Assembly: GCA_030749225.1 (NCBI GenBank)
Contig: JASMKO010000028.1
Location: 11,090 to 75,089, forward strand
From: Verrucomicrobiota bacterium
Lineage (GTDB): Bacteria; Verrucomicrobiota; Verrucomicrobiia; Limisphaerales; UBA1096
Length of the DNA stretch: 64,000 bases
Reading direction: 5' to 3'
Positions within the stretch are counted from its first letter, which is position 1. Each line of letters starts with the position of its first letter. Below are positions 10,101-19,727 of the stretch, in pieces. The notes below the pieces were generated by a model. It worked only from the letters and a program-made list of their open reading frames with translations. It was not told where the DNA came from and ran no database searches. Made by a program: the position numbers and the translations under genes.

Positions 10101-10800
10101 CGACCGACTTGCCGTTGATGGTACGCACCGACACCGAACCGCCCGAGCGCAGGATCGATGTCTCACCGTAGTTGGCCACGTAAATGTCGAGGTCGCCGTC
10201 GCCGTCCAAGTCACCCATCGCAACCGATGTTGAACCGATCTTCAGCGCCTCTACCCCTGCTGCCTGGGTTCGGTTCGTAAATCGGCCGGTGCCGTCGTTG
10301 ACAAAAAGCGCATTCGGCCCACCGCAGGAAGTAACGAACAGGTCAAGATCGCCGTCACCGTCCAGGTCGCCGAACGCCGCACCGGTGCTCGACATCCCTG
10401 GCGCGCCGACCCCAGCCGCAGTAGTGATGTTTTTGAACCTCCAATCACCGAGATTTTTAAACAGCCCGTTCTCACCGTCGAGATTGCACAGGTAGAGGTC
10501 GCACAGACCGTCACCGTCCACATCCCCGGCGGCGACACCCGCGCCGTTGAGTAGGTTAGCGTTGACCATCCGTGCACGAGCCAGACGGTTGGTAAAGGCA
10601 ACGCCGGCCACCTCCGCCGAGAGCAGCGAAAAACCGGGCGCCTGACCGAGCGGCCGGTTCACGCTGGCCTCGCGGTAATGGCCACGATCGTGCCACTGCA
10701 GCGGCTTGGCCAAGGCGGCACGTTTGGCCAAACCTAGGAGGCAAGCGCACAACAGAAGGTCAAAAGCAATGCCGGAAACAGTGCGCTTAATCATCATCAA
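7171..10800 (-). CDS. Large secreted FG-GAP repeat / ASPIC-UnbV (CRTAC1-like) protein
   Basis: Many 'D.DGDG.LDL' FG-GAP repeats, central 'N..GIGA.ITV' ASPIC/UnbV segment, N-terminal hydrophobic signal. Confidence 0.85.
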   Translation of the reverse strand: MMMIKRTVSGIAFDLLLCACLLGLAKRAALAKPLQWHDRGHYREASVNRPLGQAPGFSLLSAEVAGVAFTNRLARARMVNANLLNGAGVAAGDVDGDGLCDLYLCNLDGENGLFKNLGDWRFKNITTAAGVGAPGMSSTGAAFGDLDGDGDLDLFVTSCGGPNALFVNDGTGRFTNRTQAAGVEALKIGSTSVAMGDLDGDGDLDIYVANYGETSILRSGGSVSVRTINGKSVVTGRYANRIRIMDGEMVEIGEPDFLYLNDGRGSFTKVDWMDGNWLDENGQPIRKEFWDLGLSAMIRDINQDGRPDIYICNDFQTPDRLWINRGNGKFQLVEEMAIRHRSYFSMAVDFADINRDGHDDFFVADMISPTHLLEMIQMGVTNPFARPIDEFIDRPIIHRNTLFVNRGDNSYMETANYSGVAASEWTWGVTFLDVDLDGLEDMLIANGHAFDTQNLDVMEKTARLGNLPFSQARKKVFLYPPLNVPNMVFRNDGGLRFTEVGRSWGFESKNVSHGISLCDLDNDGDQDVVVNCLNAPPLLYRNNATAPRVSVALRGVGGNTRGIGARITVRGGPHPQSQEMIAGGRYLAGDEPLRSFAVGQAESLTIGVDWPSGRRTIVNGAKSGYAYEIHEKHTQPGLSRLAKPKPLFIDASDRLAHMHTERPSDDFLRQPLLTRRLTESGPGVAFVDWDRDGRDELFLGNGADGKLAGYRIAADGHLAKLKEPAFGKPLAGDALGLGGDERGLLVVVSAHDSAETTAPSLLRFRSGVAKPDVISLPSDNHSDAGSIAVADVDGDGDLDVFVAGCGIPGKFPQPASSWLLHGGPDGLKLDAGHSTSLENIGVVSAAVFANLDDDPLPELALATEWGPIRIFKNSGGKFTDVTKAWGLDSQPGLWRTLAVGDFDNDGRFDLLAGNWGLNSPYKHGEKRVPYLVHGDIGGDGFYDALEARFDVAAQRLLPRHRLVTLEQLFPFLREQFPTHRRYAAATVQQLFAGQLAGVKLLKASHLASVVLLNRGGRFETKPLPVEAQLTPVSGAAVADFDGDGNEDVFLSQNYFALRVEDYRMDAGEGLLMLGDGRGGFLTVFGHRSGIQVYGEQRGCAVGDLNNDGRPDLLITQSKGRPKLYFNALGQAGLRVRADQGTVLRPVYDDGSKGPARLVSGGTGRYSRNSRTQLLGAAKRIRSLEVTWSTGRARNEQITDLSRLHELSTE

Positions 10801-10840
10801 GCATCGAGAGGGTTACAAAAACGAACAGCTCGCACAAGTG

Positions 10841-12166
10841 TCACGGGCGCTGCGGCGGCTCGTTCGCGACCGCCGGCTTGTGCTTGCTCATAAAGTACAG
10901 ACAACTTGCCACGAAGCACACCAACCCCAACCCGCACAGCAGCCAGGTGAAGCCGCGCAGGAATTCAAAGTAATTCAGTTCACCCTGCCCGAGGTCCTTG
11001 TAAAGCTGAACGGTGATTGAGCCGGTGTATCCGATCGCGTCGTGCAGATAGATCGCAAACACCGCCGTGCCGGCAACCTTAGTTGACGCCATCACTCGCT
11101 CGAACAACACCGCACCGTAAGGTACATAGGCGAGGTAGGCGCCAGTGCCAATCAGGATCATCCACCAAAGGCCAGAGATCTTCGCCAAATCGTGCAGCAA
11201 TGTCGCAGTGGCCATAAGCACGATCCCGATTAGCATCACCCCGAACACGGCAACCAGCCCGTAACGATGATCCCGGAACAGGTTGAGGCAGGCGAGCGCT
11301 GTCATTACCCCAAAGGCCACAGGCCAGTCGGCCTGCAGGAACAGTTCCGGGCTGGTCTCATAACCCAGCGCCTTGAAAATTTCCGGCGTGTAGTTGTCGC
11401 GGAAATCCCGGTAGGCGGTGAGGAAAAAATAGACCAGCAACAGCATCAGCATCGCCGGGAGGAAGGTGCGGAAAAACGCCCAGCGCTGACTCGAGTCCAT
11501 CACGCTGCGCCGGCTTCGATCGGCGACGTCCGCCGCGCTGGGCTGCGGCAATTGGTTCAAAAAATAAACCGCCACGATGAAGAGTGGCAGGAAACACAAC
11601 CCCGCAGCCACCGGCATCCAGAACTGGTCGATGCCCCGCTCCATCAACCAAGTGCCGAACGCCTTCACCGAACTGCTTGAGACGATGTACGAACAACTCA
11701 GGCCGGCGAACATCACCTCCGATGCCCGGCGCCCCTCAAGATAGCGCGACACCGATCCCCACACCATCCCCAGCGGAATCCCATTCATAAAAATGGCCAC
11801 GACCTTGAACTGCTCAGGTACTAACCCAAAAAGGAAAAGTGCAAACTCTGCAAACAGAATCAGTCCCACGAGAAACTTGGCAAGGTGTGCCCGTCGTATC
11901 TCAGTGCAGACCTTGATGCCAGCGTATTTCGAGAGCGCGTAGCCTATGATCTGGCTGATCAGCAGGACGGTCTTGAGGTTCACATCCGTCCCGAGGAACA
12001 TCAGCCCATCGTACTTCGCCGCTGCGAATGGCTTGCGAAAGGCGTACATGCAGAAGTAGGTCGCGAAGGCGGCCAACGCCGCGTAGGCGACAAACCAGCG
12101 CGTCGGCGCTGTCTTTAGCCAGCGGTGAATGCGACTCTCACGCGTTGTCTGCGCATCATCAGGCAT
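10841..12166 (-). CDS. DUF5690-family MFS-like membrane protein
   Basis: 'AF.TYFCMYAFRKPF', 'SQ..GY.LSK..GIK', 'NG.PLGMVWG....YLEGRR', 'RDFRDN'; about 12 TM segments. Confidence 0.75.
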   Translation of the reverse strand: MPDDAQTTRESRIHRWLKTAPTRWFVAYAALAAFATYFCMYAFRKPFAAAKYDGLMFLGTDVNLKTVLLISQIIGYALSKYAGIKVCTEIRRAHLAKFLVGLILFAEFALFLFGLVPEQFKVVAIFMNGIPLGMVWGSVSRYLEGRRASEVMFAGLSCSYIVSSSSVKAFGTWLMERGIDQFWMPVAAGLCFLPLFIVAVYFLNQLPQPSAADVADRSRRSVMDSSQRWAFFRTFLPAMLMLLLVYFFLTAYRDFRDNYTPEIFKALGYETSPELFLQADWPVAFGVMTALACLNLFRDHRYGLVAVFGVMLIGIVLMATATLLHDLAKISGLWWMILIGTGAYLAYVPYGAVLFERVMASTKVAGTAVFAIYLHDAIGYTGSITVQLYKDLGQGELNYFEFLRGFTWLLCGLGLVCFVASCLYFMSKHKPAVANEPPQRP

Positions 12167-12275
12167 TGGGGCACGGGAGGTTGCCGACTGGCTTGCTCAA
12201 GCGCAAGCCCGGGGGGCACGCCACCAGAAATAGCTATTGTCGTCCACATGGCTCTTGGACAAGCTCCCCGTGCCA

Positions 12276-14714
12276 ATGAAAGAACAGGCAAAAGTCGTCA
12301 TCATCGGCGGTGGCATCACCGGGTGCAGCATCGCGTGGCATCTGGCCAGACGCGGCTGGACCGATGTGCTGCTCCTCGAGAAAGGAGAGTTGACCAGCGG
12401 CACCACATTTCACTCAGTCGGCCTGGTCAGCCAATTCCGCACCTCGCCCGCTCTGATGCGGCTGATGAATTACAGCATTGGACTTTACGACCAATTCAGG
12501 GATGAGGGCGCCAACAATATCGGCTGGCACAAGGTCGGCAGCCTGCGACTGGCCTCCAGCCCCAACCGACTTAAGGCGCTGCAGCGGCAGGTCAGCCGGG
12601 CGCGCGGGCTCGGGCTCGATGTCGGCACCATCACTGCCGCTGAGGCGCTTGATATCGCACCGTTTCTTTCGCCCGAAGGCATCGAAGGTGCGGTGCACAT
12701 TCCCGACGACGGCTGGCTGGATCCCAACGGCATCACGGTCGAGTTCGCCAAGCGTGCTCGTGAACTCGGAGTGGCTATCCAGACCAACTGCCGCGTTATC
12801 GACATCGGTCGCAACGGCTCGGGCGCAGTCACCCACGTCGAGACAGACCAAGGCACTGTGCAGACCGAGATTATCATCAATGCAGCGGGGCAATGGGCAC
12901 CCCGTCTCTCGGCAATGGTGGGCGCAATCACCCCGATGGTGCCGCTCATGCACCAGTACCTAACCACGCGTCATATCCCCGGCCAGGAGTTGCCGGAGCA
13001 AACACCAGTCGTGCGCGATCCCGACAACCTTTTTTACCTGCGCGAGGAGGTCGGAGGATTCCTCGTCGGCGGATTCGAACTGGAGCCCAAGGCATGGGCC
13101 GCGGATGGTGTCCCGTGGGAGTTTACCCAGCAACTCCTACCCGAGGACTGGGAACTGTTCGAGCCGGTGATGGAGGGCGCGCTGCGGCGCATCCCGCTGA
13201 TCGAGCGCGCCGAGGTCATCAAGCTGATCAACGGCCCCGACGCCATGACGCCAGACGGCCATTACTGCCTCGGTCCGGTGCCTCGCGTGCCCGGGTTCTA
13301 TGTCGCCGCCGGAATGTCGCTCAACGGCATCGCCGGGGCCGGTGGGGTGGGCAAGGTGATGGCCGAGTGGATCATCGACGGCGAGCCATCGCTCGACCTG
13401 CACGAGATGAATGTTCGCCGCTTTGGCGCGCATTTTGGCGACACGGACTTTGTCACCGAAAAGGCGCGCGAGGTGTACCACTACTACTACCATCAACACT
13501 ACCCGACCGACGAAACCCTGTGGGCCCGCAATCGCCGCAAAAGCCCTCTATACGACCGGCTTGCCGGCCTTGGCGCAGAGTTTGGTGAGAAAAACGGCTG
13601 GGAACGTGTTAACTTTTTTCGGCCTGGCGAGCCTGCCCGCCAGGCGGCGGATGACCAGCACAACTGGGGCTGGAGCCGCGCGCCGTACCTCGACCTGATC
13701 CGCGAGGAGTGCCTAGCCGCCCGCGAACGCGTCGCGATGTTCGACATGACCTCATTCGGCAAATTCGAGGTCAGCGGCCCCGACGCGCTCGGCCTGCTGC
13801 AGCGAGTTGCCTGCAACAACATCGATCGACCCGTCGGCTCGCTCGTCTACACGCAGTTCCTCAATGCGCATGGCGGCATCGAGAGCGACCTCACCGTCTG
13901 CCGACTGGCCGACGACCGGTTCCGTGTCATCACCGGCACATCATTCCTGCCCAACGACCTAGAGTGGGTTCGTGCGCACACACCAGCGGATGGGTCGGTC
14001 GAGTTACGAGATGTCAGCGACGAATTGACCTGCATTGGCCTGTGGGGACCAATCGCGCGTCATGTGCTTGCCCAAGCGACCGGAGACGATATCAGCAACG
14101 ACGCCTTCCCCTACCTGACGGCACGACAGATCACCGTGACCGGCAAACCAGCCTGGGCACAGCGCGTCAGCTACATCGGCGAACTGGGCTGGGAATTGTA
14201 CCTCGCCAACGACGACGCCGGCGCTGTTTGGGATACGCTGCTCGAGCTTGGCCAATCGCACGGCATCCGCACCGCCGGCTACAGGGCACTGGACTCGCTG
14301 CGACTCGAGAAAGGCTACGTATACTGGAGCACTGACGTAACGCCGGAGGATAACCTGCTCGAAGCAGGGCTGGGCTTCTGCGCCGACATGGCCAAGGACG
14401 ACTTCATTGGCCGCGATGCCTTGGTCAAGCGCAAAGAGGAAGGGCTGCGGACACGTCTGCGAACCGTCGTACTCGAGGGAAATGTATTCCCCGCCTACGG
14501 TGCGGAGTCGGTTTGGTACAACGGCGAAATCATCTCACGCCTGCGAAGCGCAGGCCACGCTCATACCATTGACCGGTCGATTGCCTACTGTTATCTACCG
14601 TTGGACTTGGCCAAGCCGGGAACGGAAGTGGAGATCGAACTATTCGGCGAACGCGTCCCGGCCAAGGTCTCCCTCCCCATCCACGACCACAAGGGCGAAC
14701 GCCTCAAGACCTGA
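12276..14714 (+). CDS. GcvT-family FAD-dependent oxidoreductase (sarcosine/dimethylglycine dehydrogenase-like)
   Basis: 'VVIIGGG..G.S.A.HLA', 'LTSGTT.H..G', 'NGP...TPDG', 'GWER', 'DMTSFGK', 'RVSY.GELGWE', 'LDSLRLEKGY'. Confidence 0.9.
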   Translation: MKEQAKVVIIGGGITGCSIAWHLARRGWTDVLLLEKGELTSGTTFHSVGLVSQFRTSPALMRLMNYSIGLYDQFRDEGANNIGWHKVGSLRLASSPNRLKALQRQVSRARGLGLDVGTITAAEALDIAPFLSPEGIEGAVHIPDDGWLDPNGITVEFAKRARELGVAIQTNCRVIDIGRNGSGAVTHVETDQGTVQTEIIINAAGQWAPRLSAMVGAITPMVPLMHQYLTTRHIPGQELPEQTPVVRDPDNLFYLREEVGGFLVGGFELEPKAWAADGVPWEFTQQLLPEDWELFEPVMEGALRRIPLIERAEVIKLINGPDAMTPDGHYCLGPVPRVPGFYVAAGMSLNGIAGAGGVGKVMAEWIIDGEPSLDLHEMNVRRFGAHFGDTDFVTEKAREVYHYYYHQHYPTDETLWARNRRKSPLYDRLAGLGAEFGEKNGWERVNFFRPGEPARQAADDQHNWGWSRAPYLDLIREECLAARERVAMFDMTSFGKFEVSGPDALGLLQRVACNNIDRPVGSLVYTQFLNAHGGIESDLTVCRLADDRFRVITGTSFLPNDLEWVRAHTPADGSVELRDVSDELTCIGLWGPIARHVLAQATGDDISNDAFPYLTARQITVTGKPAWAQRVSYIGELGWELYLANDDAGAVWDTLLELGQSHGIRTAGYRALDSLRLEKGYVYWSTDVTPEDNLLEAGLGFCADMAKDDFIGRDALVKRKEEGLRTRLRTVVLEGNVFPAYGAESVWYNGEIISRLRSAGHAHTIDRSIAYCYLPLDLAKPGTEVEIELFGERVPAKVSLPIHDHKGERLKT

Positions 14715-14731
14715 GTCAAACCAAGAGCGGA

Positions 14732-15520
14732 TCAGTTTTGATGCCCTTTCTGTTTCAGCAGCAGTTTTTTCTTATAGCGGCTCTGCACCACCTCGGTCAG
14801 TACCAGCACCGTGATTACGAAGTAAAACGTCGTCTTGCTCATGGCGTGAATCTCACTTCCGAACAGCTTCATTTTCGAAAGGTGCCCCCCCTCCGTCAAC
14901 AACATGATGCCTACGACAAAAAGGATGAATAATCCGAGCACCTCATACATGCGATTCTTTTGAAGGAAGTTTGAAACTCCATCCGCAAGCCAGATCATCA
15001 ATGCGCCTCCGGATAAAATTGCCGCCCCCATGATCCAGTAGTCCTTGTTGGGATCATTTACCAGCGCGACAGCGCTCAGGATGGAGTCAAAAGAGAATAC
15101 CGCGTTCATGAACACAATCTTTGCCACAACGGACTTGGCCGAGGAACTGTCTCGCTTTGTTTCTGATTGAAAATCCTCCACAGCAATCATATGGAAGATC
15201 TCCTTCATCGCCGTGTATAGAATGAACACACCCCCCACCAGCACTATAATGCTGTGCAGGTTGAACGACCCCTCAATGACGCCCTTCCACGAAATCGGAA
15301 ACCATTCCGCCTGAAACGCGCTGATCATTTTGATCAGCAAAAACAGCAGTACGATTCGCAGGCCGACCGCGATGCCAATGCCCCATTTGCGAACGGACGA
15401 CTGCTGCGCCTCAGGGGCGCGCTTCGACTCAAGCGAAATATAGAGCAGATTGTCGAACCCCAGCACCGCCTGCAGCAGCACCAGCATTCCCAACGTCATA
15501 ACAATCTCAACCAGTTCCAT
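14732..15520 (-). CDS. TerC-family integral membrane protein
   Basis: 'LQAVLGFDNLLYI', 'FSFDSILSA', 'L.ILF.VG.ML..EG'. Confidence 0.9.
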   Translation of the reverse strand: MELVEIVMTLGMLVLLQAVLGFDNLLYISLESKRAPEAQQSSVRKWGIGIAVGLRIVLLFLLIKMISAFQAEWFPISWKGVIEGSFNLHSIIVLVGGVFILYTAMKEIFHMIAVEDFQSETKRDSSSAKSVVAKIVFMNAVFSFDSILSAVALVNDPNKDYWIMGAAILSGGALMIWLADGVSNFLQKNRMYEVLGLFILFVVGIMLLTEGGHLSKMKLFGSEIHAMSKTTFYFVITVLVLTEVVQSRYKKKLLLKQKGHQN

Positions 15521-15581
15521 CGCTCCAGGGGATTATTACAAAACCAGCCTGCAACCATCCAGAAAAATTAGATTGCGAACA

Positions 15582-15668
15582 TGGTACCGGTGGCCGGACT
15601 TGAACCGGCACTCCCTCGCAGGAAAGGGATTTTAAATCCCTCGTGTCTACCAATTCCACCACACCGGC
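15582..15668 (-). tRNA. tRNA-Leu (anticodon TAA)
   Basis: Minus strand GCCGGTGTGGTGGAATTGGTAGACACGAGGGATTTAAAATCCCT...GGTTCAAGTCCGGCCACCGGTACCA: 87 nt, long variable arm, encoded CCA. Confidence 0.96.
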
Positions 15669-15804
15669 ATCATCAAAAAACTTTGGCTGGCGGTTGCCGA
15701 CTCGCGGCGCGGCGATTGTACCCCGCGGCCGACCGTTCGCAAGCCGCGCTTGGCCAAGCGCGATACGGAAGGCACTATCTGCGGCTACGAATCTTTGTTA
15801 AATC

Positions 15805-16578
15805 ATGCTTCCAGGAATTAAACTATTCGATTTGAGCGGAAAGACCGCGGTGATTACCGGCGGGTCGAAAGGGCTGGGCGAGGCCATGGCAGCCGGTTTG
15901 GGCAGCGCAGGCGCCAACCTGATGCTGATCAGCCGCAACGAAGCCGAGGCCAAGGCGACTGCAGCCAGACTGGCCGAGGAGTACGGGTGCAAGGCACTTG
16001 GTTTTGCGGCGGACGTCTCGAGCCAGGTAGAGACGGAGACCATGATAGCGGCGGCAATTGACGCCCTTGGCCAAGTGGACATCCTCATCAACAGTGCTGG
16101 CATCAACACGCGTGGACCGATCGACGAGTTGAGCTACGAGCAGTTCTCCGAGGTGCAACGGATCAACGTCGACGGTATCTGGCTCGCCTGCCGGGCGGTG
16201 CTGCCGCACATGAAGGAGCGCGGCTACGGCCGCATCGTCAACATGGCCAGTGCGCTTGGCCTTGTGGCGATCCCGAATCGAACTCCATACGCGACCAGCA
16301 AGGGCGGCGCAGTGCAGTTGACCCGGGCGCTGGCGATGGAACTGGCTGGTAGCGGCATCACGGTCAACGCGATTTGTCCCGGGCCATTTTTAACACCGAT
16401 GAACGTGCCGATCGCCGATACCGACGAGGGGAAGAAATTTATTGTTGGCGCGACAGCTCTGAAGCGCTGGGGTGAACTTAAGGAAATTCAGGGAGCCGCC
16501 ATCTATCTTGCCAGCGATGCCGCAAGCTACACCACCGGCGCCATGCTCAGCGTCGATGGCGGTTGGACCGCGCAATAG
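15805..16578 (+). CDS. SDR-family oxidoreductase (gluconate 5-dehydrogenase/FabG-like)
   Basis: 'TGGSKGLG', 'DILINSAG', 'YATSK' (YxxxK), 'VNAICPG', 'VDGG'. Confidence 0.9.
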   Translation: MLPGIKLFDLSGKTAVITGGSKGLGEAMAAGLGSAGANLMLISRNEAEAKATAARLAEEYGCKALGFAADVSSQVETETMIAAAIDALGQVDILINSAGINTRGPIDELSYEQFSEVQRINVDGIWLACRAVLPHMKERGYGRIVNMASALGLVAIPNRTPYATSKGGAVQLTRALAMELAGSGITVNAICPGPFLTPMNVPIADTDEGKKFIVGATALKRWGELKEIQGAAIYLASDAASYTTGAMLSVDGGWTAQ

Positions 16579-16581
16579 GGC

Positions 16582-17334
16582 TTAGAAAAAAAACAGGCGG
16601 ATGCCAGCAATGGCAGAGAAGATGTACAGCAGTATCTCGAAGCCCTGTTGTGGGATGATCTGAATGGCCTTCCGACCGATGAAGATACCGGCGAAAATCG
16701 CAGGGAAGACGAGTAGGTTCACGCGCAGCGACTGCTCGTTGACCAATTCCAGGTTGGCCACCATTGGCAGCTTGATGATGTTCACCAGCAGGAAGCATCG
16801 CGCGCCCACGCCGAGGAAGGTTTCCTTGGCCATCTTCTCGACCAGCGCGTAGATGGAGAAGACCGGCCCGGCAGCATTAGCCATGATGGTGGAGGAGCCG
16901 ATCAGAAATCCACTGATCCATCTGAAGCCGGCTGAGTGCGTGAGGCGGCCAAGCGCTTCGCCAAGCCGTAGTCTACCCAGTTGCAGCCCGAGCATCAGCA
17001 TGATGATCGCGCCTATTCCCTTGCGCGCGGTAGACTCGGTGATGTAATCCAACAAAAAATAGCCTGCGATAAGACCGACAAAAGTAGGCGGCAGGAGTGG
17101 CCACACCTCTTTCCACGAAGAATATCGGCGAAAAAGCGGATAGACGGTAAGATCGCAGACGATTAGCATCGGCACGATCATCCCAACGGATGCCTTGGCC
17201 CCGAACAACTCGGCAAGGATCAGGACATTGACCATGGCGAGGCCGGGAAACCCGGTCTTGGAGAAACCAAGGCTGAACGCCCCAAACAACGCGAGTAACC
17301 AGGTTGTGATGGAAATGTTGCCGAAAAAATCCAA
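16582..17334 (-). CDS. Sulfite exporter TauE/SafE family protein
   Basis: 'GFSKTGFPG', 'ANAAGP', 'N..KLP'; about 8 TM segments. Confidence 0.85.
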   Translation of the reverse strand: MDFFGNISITTWLLALFGAFSLGFSKTGFPGLAMVNVLILAELFGAKASVGMIVPMLIVCDLTVYPLFRRYSSWKEVWPLLPPTFVGLIAGYFLLDYITESTARKGIGAIIMLMLGLQLGRLRLGEALGRLTHSAGFRWISGFLIGSSTIMANAAGPVFSIYALVEKMAKETFLGVGARCFLLVNIIKLPMVANLELVNEQSLRVNLLVFPAIFAGIFIGRKAIQIIPQQGFEILLYIFSAIAGIRLFFF

Positions 17335-17349
17335 GGTGCTGCCCGACGG

Positions 17350-19695
17350 TCAGAGTTTGAGCGTCACACTGGCGGTGGCAACCGAAGCCGGGTCGGCGCG
17401 TTGGTCGAGCGACTTGACAATCTCGCGGGCGGACCGGTTCACTTTTTCAGCGAACAGTTCCTTGCCGTTGACTGAGATTGCCACCGGCTTGTCGAGGTCG
17501 ACCAGTTTGTCGGACAACCGAACAACTAGGCGCTTGGTATTCTCTGCTGTGATCGCGATCGACTGAGCGTCGACCACTGCGGTAATTCGCTGGCCCTTGG
17601 CCAGGTGTTTCTCCGGGATCTGCAGCCAGTAAAACCGCGAGGTGATACCCTTGGCTTGGCGCCAGATGATTTTCCTAGGCCAAGCATTACGTGAAAACTT
17701 GGCCATCCACGGCAGCGACTCGGCATCCTTCAACTTCATCCAGTGCCCCATCTCCGGATAAATGCGCACCATGTGGTCGTAGCCCTTCGGATCACCCTTG
17801 CGCAGGTCTGCCAGTAGATCCTTCCATTTTTCAGCAACCTTGTTCCGATTGTAGGCGCCGTCCTTCCCGCCCATGAAGAGGCCGAACGGTAAGTTGCGGA
17901 GGTTGTTCGGTTTGGCATCGTTCGGGTGGCCGGCCATCATTGACGCGGCAGCCCATCGATCAGCCATGCGCGGCGCGAGTTGATATACGCCGTCGCCCCC
18001 GGCCGAGTACCCCATGAGGTAAACGCGGTTCGGGTTGACCCCGCGGGTGGCGACGAAATTCTCGATCAGCCGATCAAACAACCCGTCAATATGCGACTGG
18101 TGCCAGAGATTCCATGTATCGGTCGGTGCACGCGGCGCGATGTAGATGCCCTCCTTGGGCTGGTAGAGCTTGATCTGATTTTTCCACTGACCATCGTTCA
18201 CGTTTGTAGGCGCACCGCCGCCACCGTGCATTGAGATCCAAAGCGACCGGCCGCCCTCGGGTGCATCCCCAAAAACTTTCTCTAGATAACGCAGTTTCTT
18301 GTCGCCAAGCTGAATCGACTTGGCCTCGATTTCAGCTCTACGCTCCTTGGCCAAGCGCTTACGGTAATCCGTCCAGATCAGGTCCACCGCCTTTTTTGCG
18401 TCCGCTTTAGAGAGGACGCCCTTGGCCCAGTCACCCGGTAAAGTCTCGGGGCGCACCTTGGCCGGGGCCGCCAGCCAAGCGGTTACTGCAGCCAATTGTG
18501 AGTTGGCGATCGCGGTTTCGTCCGGCAGATCGTCCCACTGCAAGTCCAGGGTCACCTCGCCGGCCTTGGCACGGCGTAGCGGTATCTCTTTCACCTTGTC
18601 GCCCTGAATCAGTCTAAGCCAAAACGGTGTGTTGGGGTTGCAGGTAAAGCCGGCAATGTCGTTCAAGTCAGCCCGGCCCGCCTTGGTTTTACTGGAGGCG
18701 AGTACCTGTTTTTTGGCATCAAGCAACTCGGCTTTAACCTCAATGCGATTGCCACCGTCGCGCACACGCACGAACACATCATCCTCGACGTTGTCGCTGC
18801 TGCCCTTGCCGGTGTAGCGATCGGTGACGTTGAATGCGTTGACCTGTTTCGACTCAATATCCCACACCATTGGAAAGCGCGTGCCAGTGTTCTTCCACGA
18901 CGTGGCGTAGATCGAGTGCCGCCAGTCGGACTTGTCGGCCTTAGATGCGGCGCCAACAAACCAGCCGCGGTTCAGCCCGGAGGCGCTGTATTCATCCGAA
19001 CCGGTGAAGTGCCAACCATCGTCCCAAACCTCGGTCCAGGTATGGTTGCCACGCTTGTTCGTCCAGAGCGGAGTGCCGGCCACGCGCGCCGCCACGCCGA
19101 CTGATCGGCAGGCATCGACGAGAATAATCGACAGGCCGGTACAAGTCGCGCGGCTTTGGGCGACCGACTCAGCCGGGCTCTGGTTAGGCTTCTTGCGGCC
19201 GGTGTTGTAGTGGACGTTGATCAGGTTAAAGAGTTTGCTGTTGAGCGCCTGCACCGCCTCGGTCGAGGTCGAGGCCTTCGCGACCAGCTTGCGGCATTTC
19301 ACGTAAAAGTCGGGGCGCCAACGTTCGCGGGTTTCGTCAAGGCTCGCATACGGAAGTACGTCGTTGAAAAACAACTCTTCGGAAAGCTTCGCGCACCACG
19401 GGAATTCAGCGCGGGCCTTCATCGCTAGGTCGAGGTTTTCAGTGAGAAACTCACGGTCGAGTTGCTTGAGATCCGCCTCTGGCATGCCCTCGACGAGAAA
19501 CTCAGCGCCACGATGGCCAAAATCACCGTGTGTTTTCTTCGCGGTGGCGATAAAAGCATCAAGCTCGGCGCGGTTGTCGCCGGCCTTGGCCAGAGCCGCC
19601 TGGAGCGCCTCCGCCGCTTGGCCAAACGCAGCCGGGGTGGCGAAGGTGAGCAGCACCAAAAAGTATTTCAATTGGGACAAATTCAGTATCCGCAT
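17350..19695 (-). CDS. Secreted transglutaminase-like domain fused to an alpha/beta hydrolase domain
   Basis: N-terminal 'ATCTGLS' and 'NHTW.EVW' transglutaminase-like motifs; C-terminal 'SMHGGG' and 'GYSAGG' nucleophile elbow; start codon uncertain. Confidence 0.75.
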   Translation of the reverse strand: MRILNLSQLKYFLVLLTFATPAAFGQAAEALQAALAKAGDNRAELDAFIATAKKTHGDFGHRGAEFLVEGMPEADLKQLDREFLTENLDLAMKARAEFPWCAKLSEELFFNDVLPYASLDETRERWRPDFYVKCRKLVAKASTSTEAVQALNSKLFNLINVHYNTGRKKPNQSPAESVAQSRATCTGLSIILVDACRSVGVAARVAGTPLWTNKRGNHTWTEVWDDGWHFTGSDEYSASGLNRGWFVGAASKADKSDWRHSIYATSWKNTGTRFPMVWDIESKQVNAFNVTDRYTGKGSSDNVEDDVFVRVRDGGNRIEVKAELLDAKKQVLASSKTKAGRADLNDIAGFTCNPNTPFWLRLIQGDKVKEIPLRRAKAGEVTLDLQWDDLPDETAIANSQLAAVTAWLAAPAKVRPETLPGDWAKGVLSKADAKKAVDLIWTDYRKRLAKERRAEIEAKSIQLGDKKLRYLEKVFGDAPEGGRSLWISMHGGGGAPTNVNDGQWKNQIKLYQPKEGIYIAPRAPTDTWNLWHQSHIDGLFDRLIENFVATRGVNPNRVYLMGYSAGGDGVYQLAPRMADRWAAASMMAGHPNDAKPNNLRNLPFGLFMGGKDGAYNRNKVAEKWKDLLADLRKGDPKGYDHMVRIYPEMGHWMKLKDAESLPWMAKFSRNAWPRKIIWRQAKGITSRFYWLQIPEKHLAKGQRITAVVDAQSIAITAENTKRLVVRLSDKLVDLDKPVAISVNGKELFAEKVNRSAREIVKSLDQRADPASVATASVTLKL

Positions 19696-19727
19696 GGCCG
19701 GGACGTTACCCGTGCTCTTGGACAAGA

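Noticed and set aside
15521-15804. tRNA-Leu as an integration site for an island or prophage
   Set aside because: No integrase and no duplicated tRNA 3' end were seen in the window.
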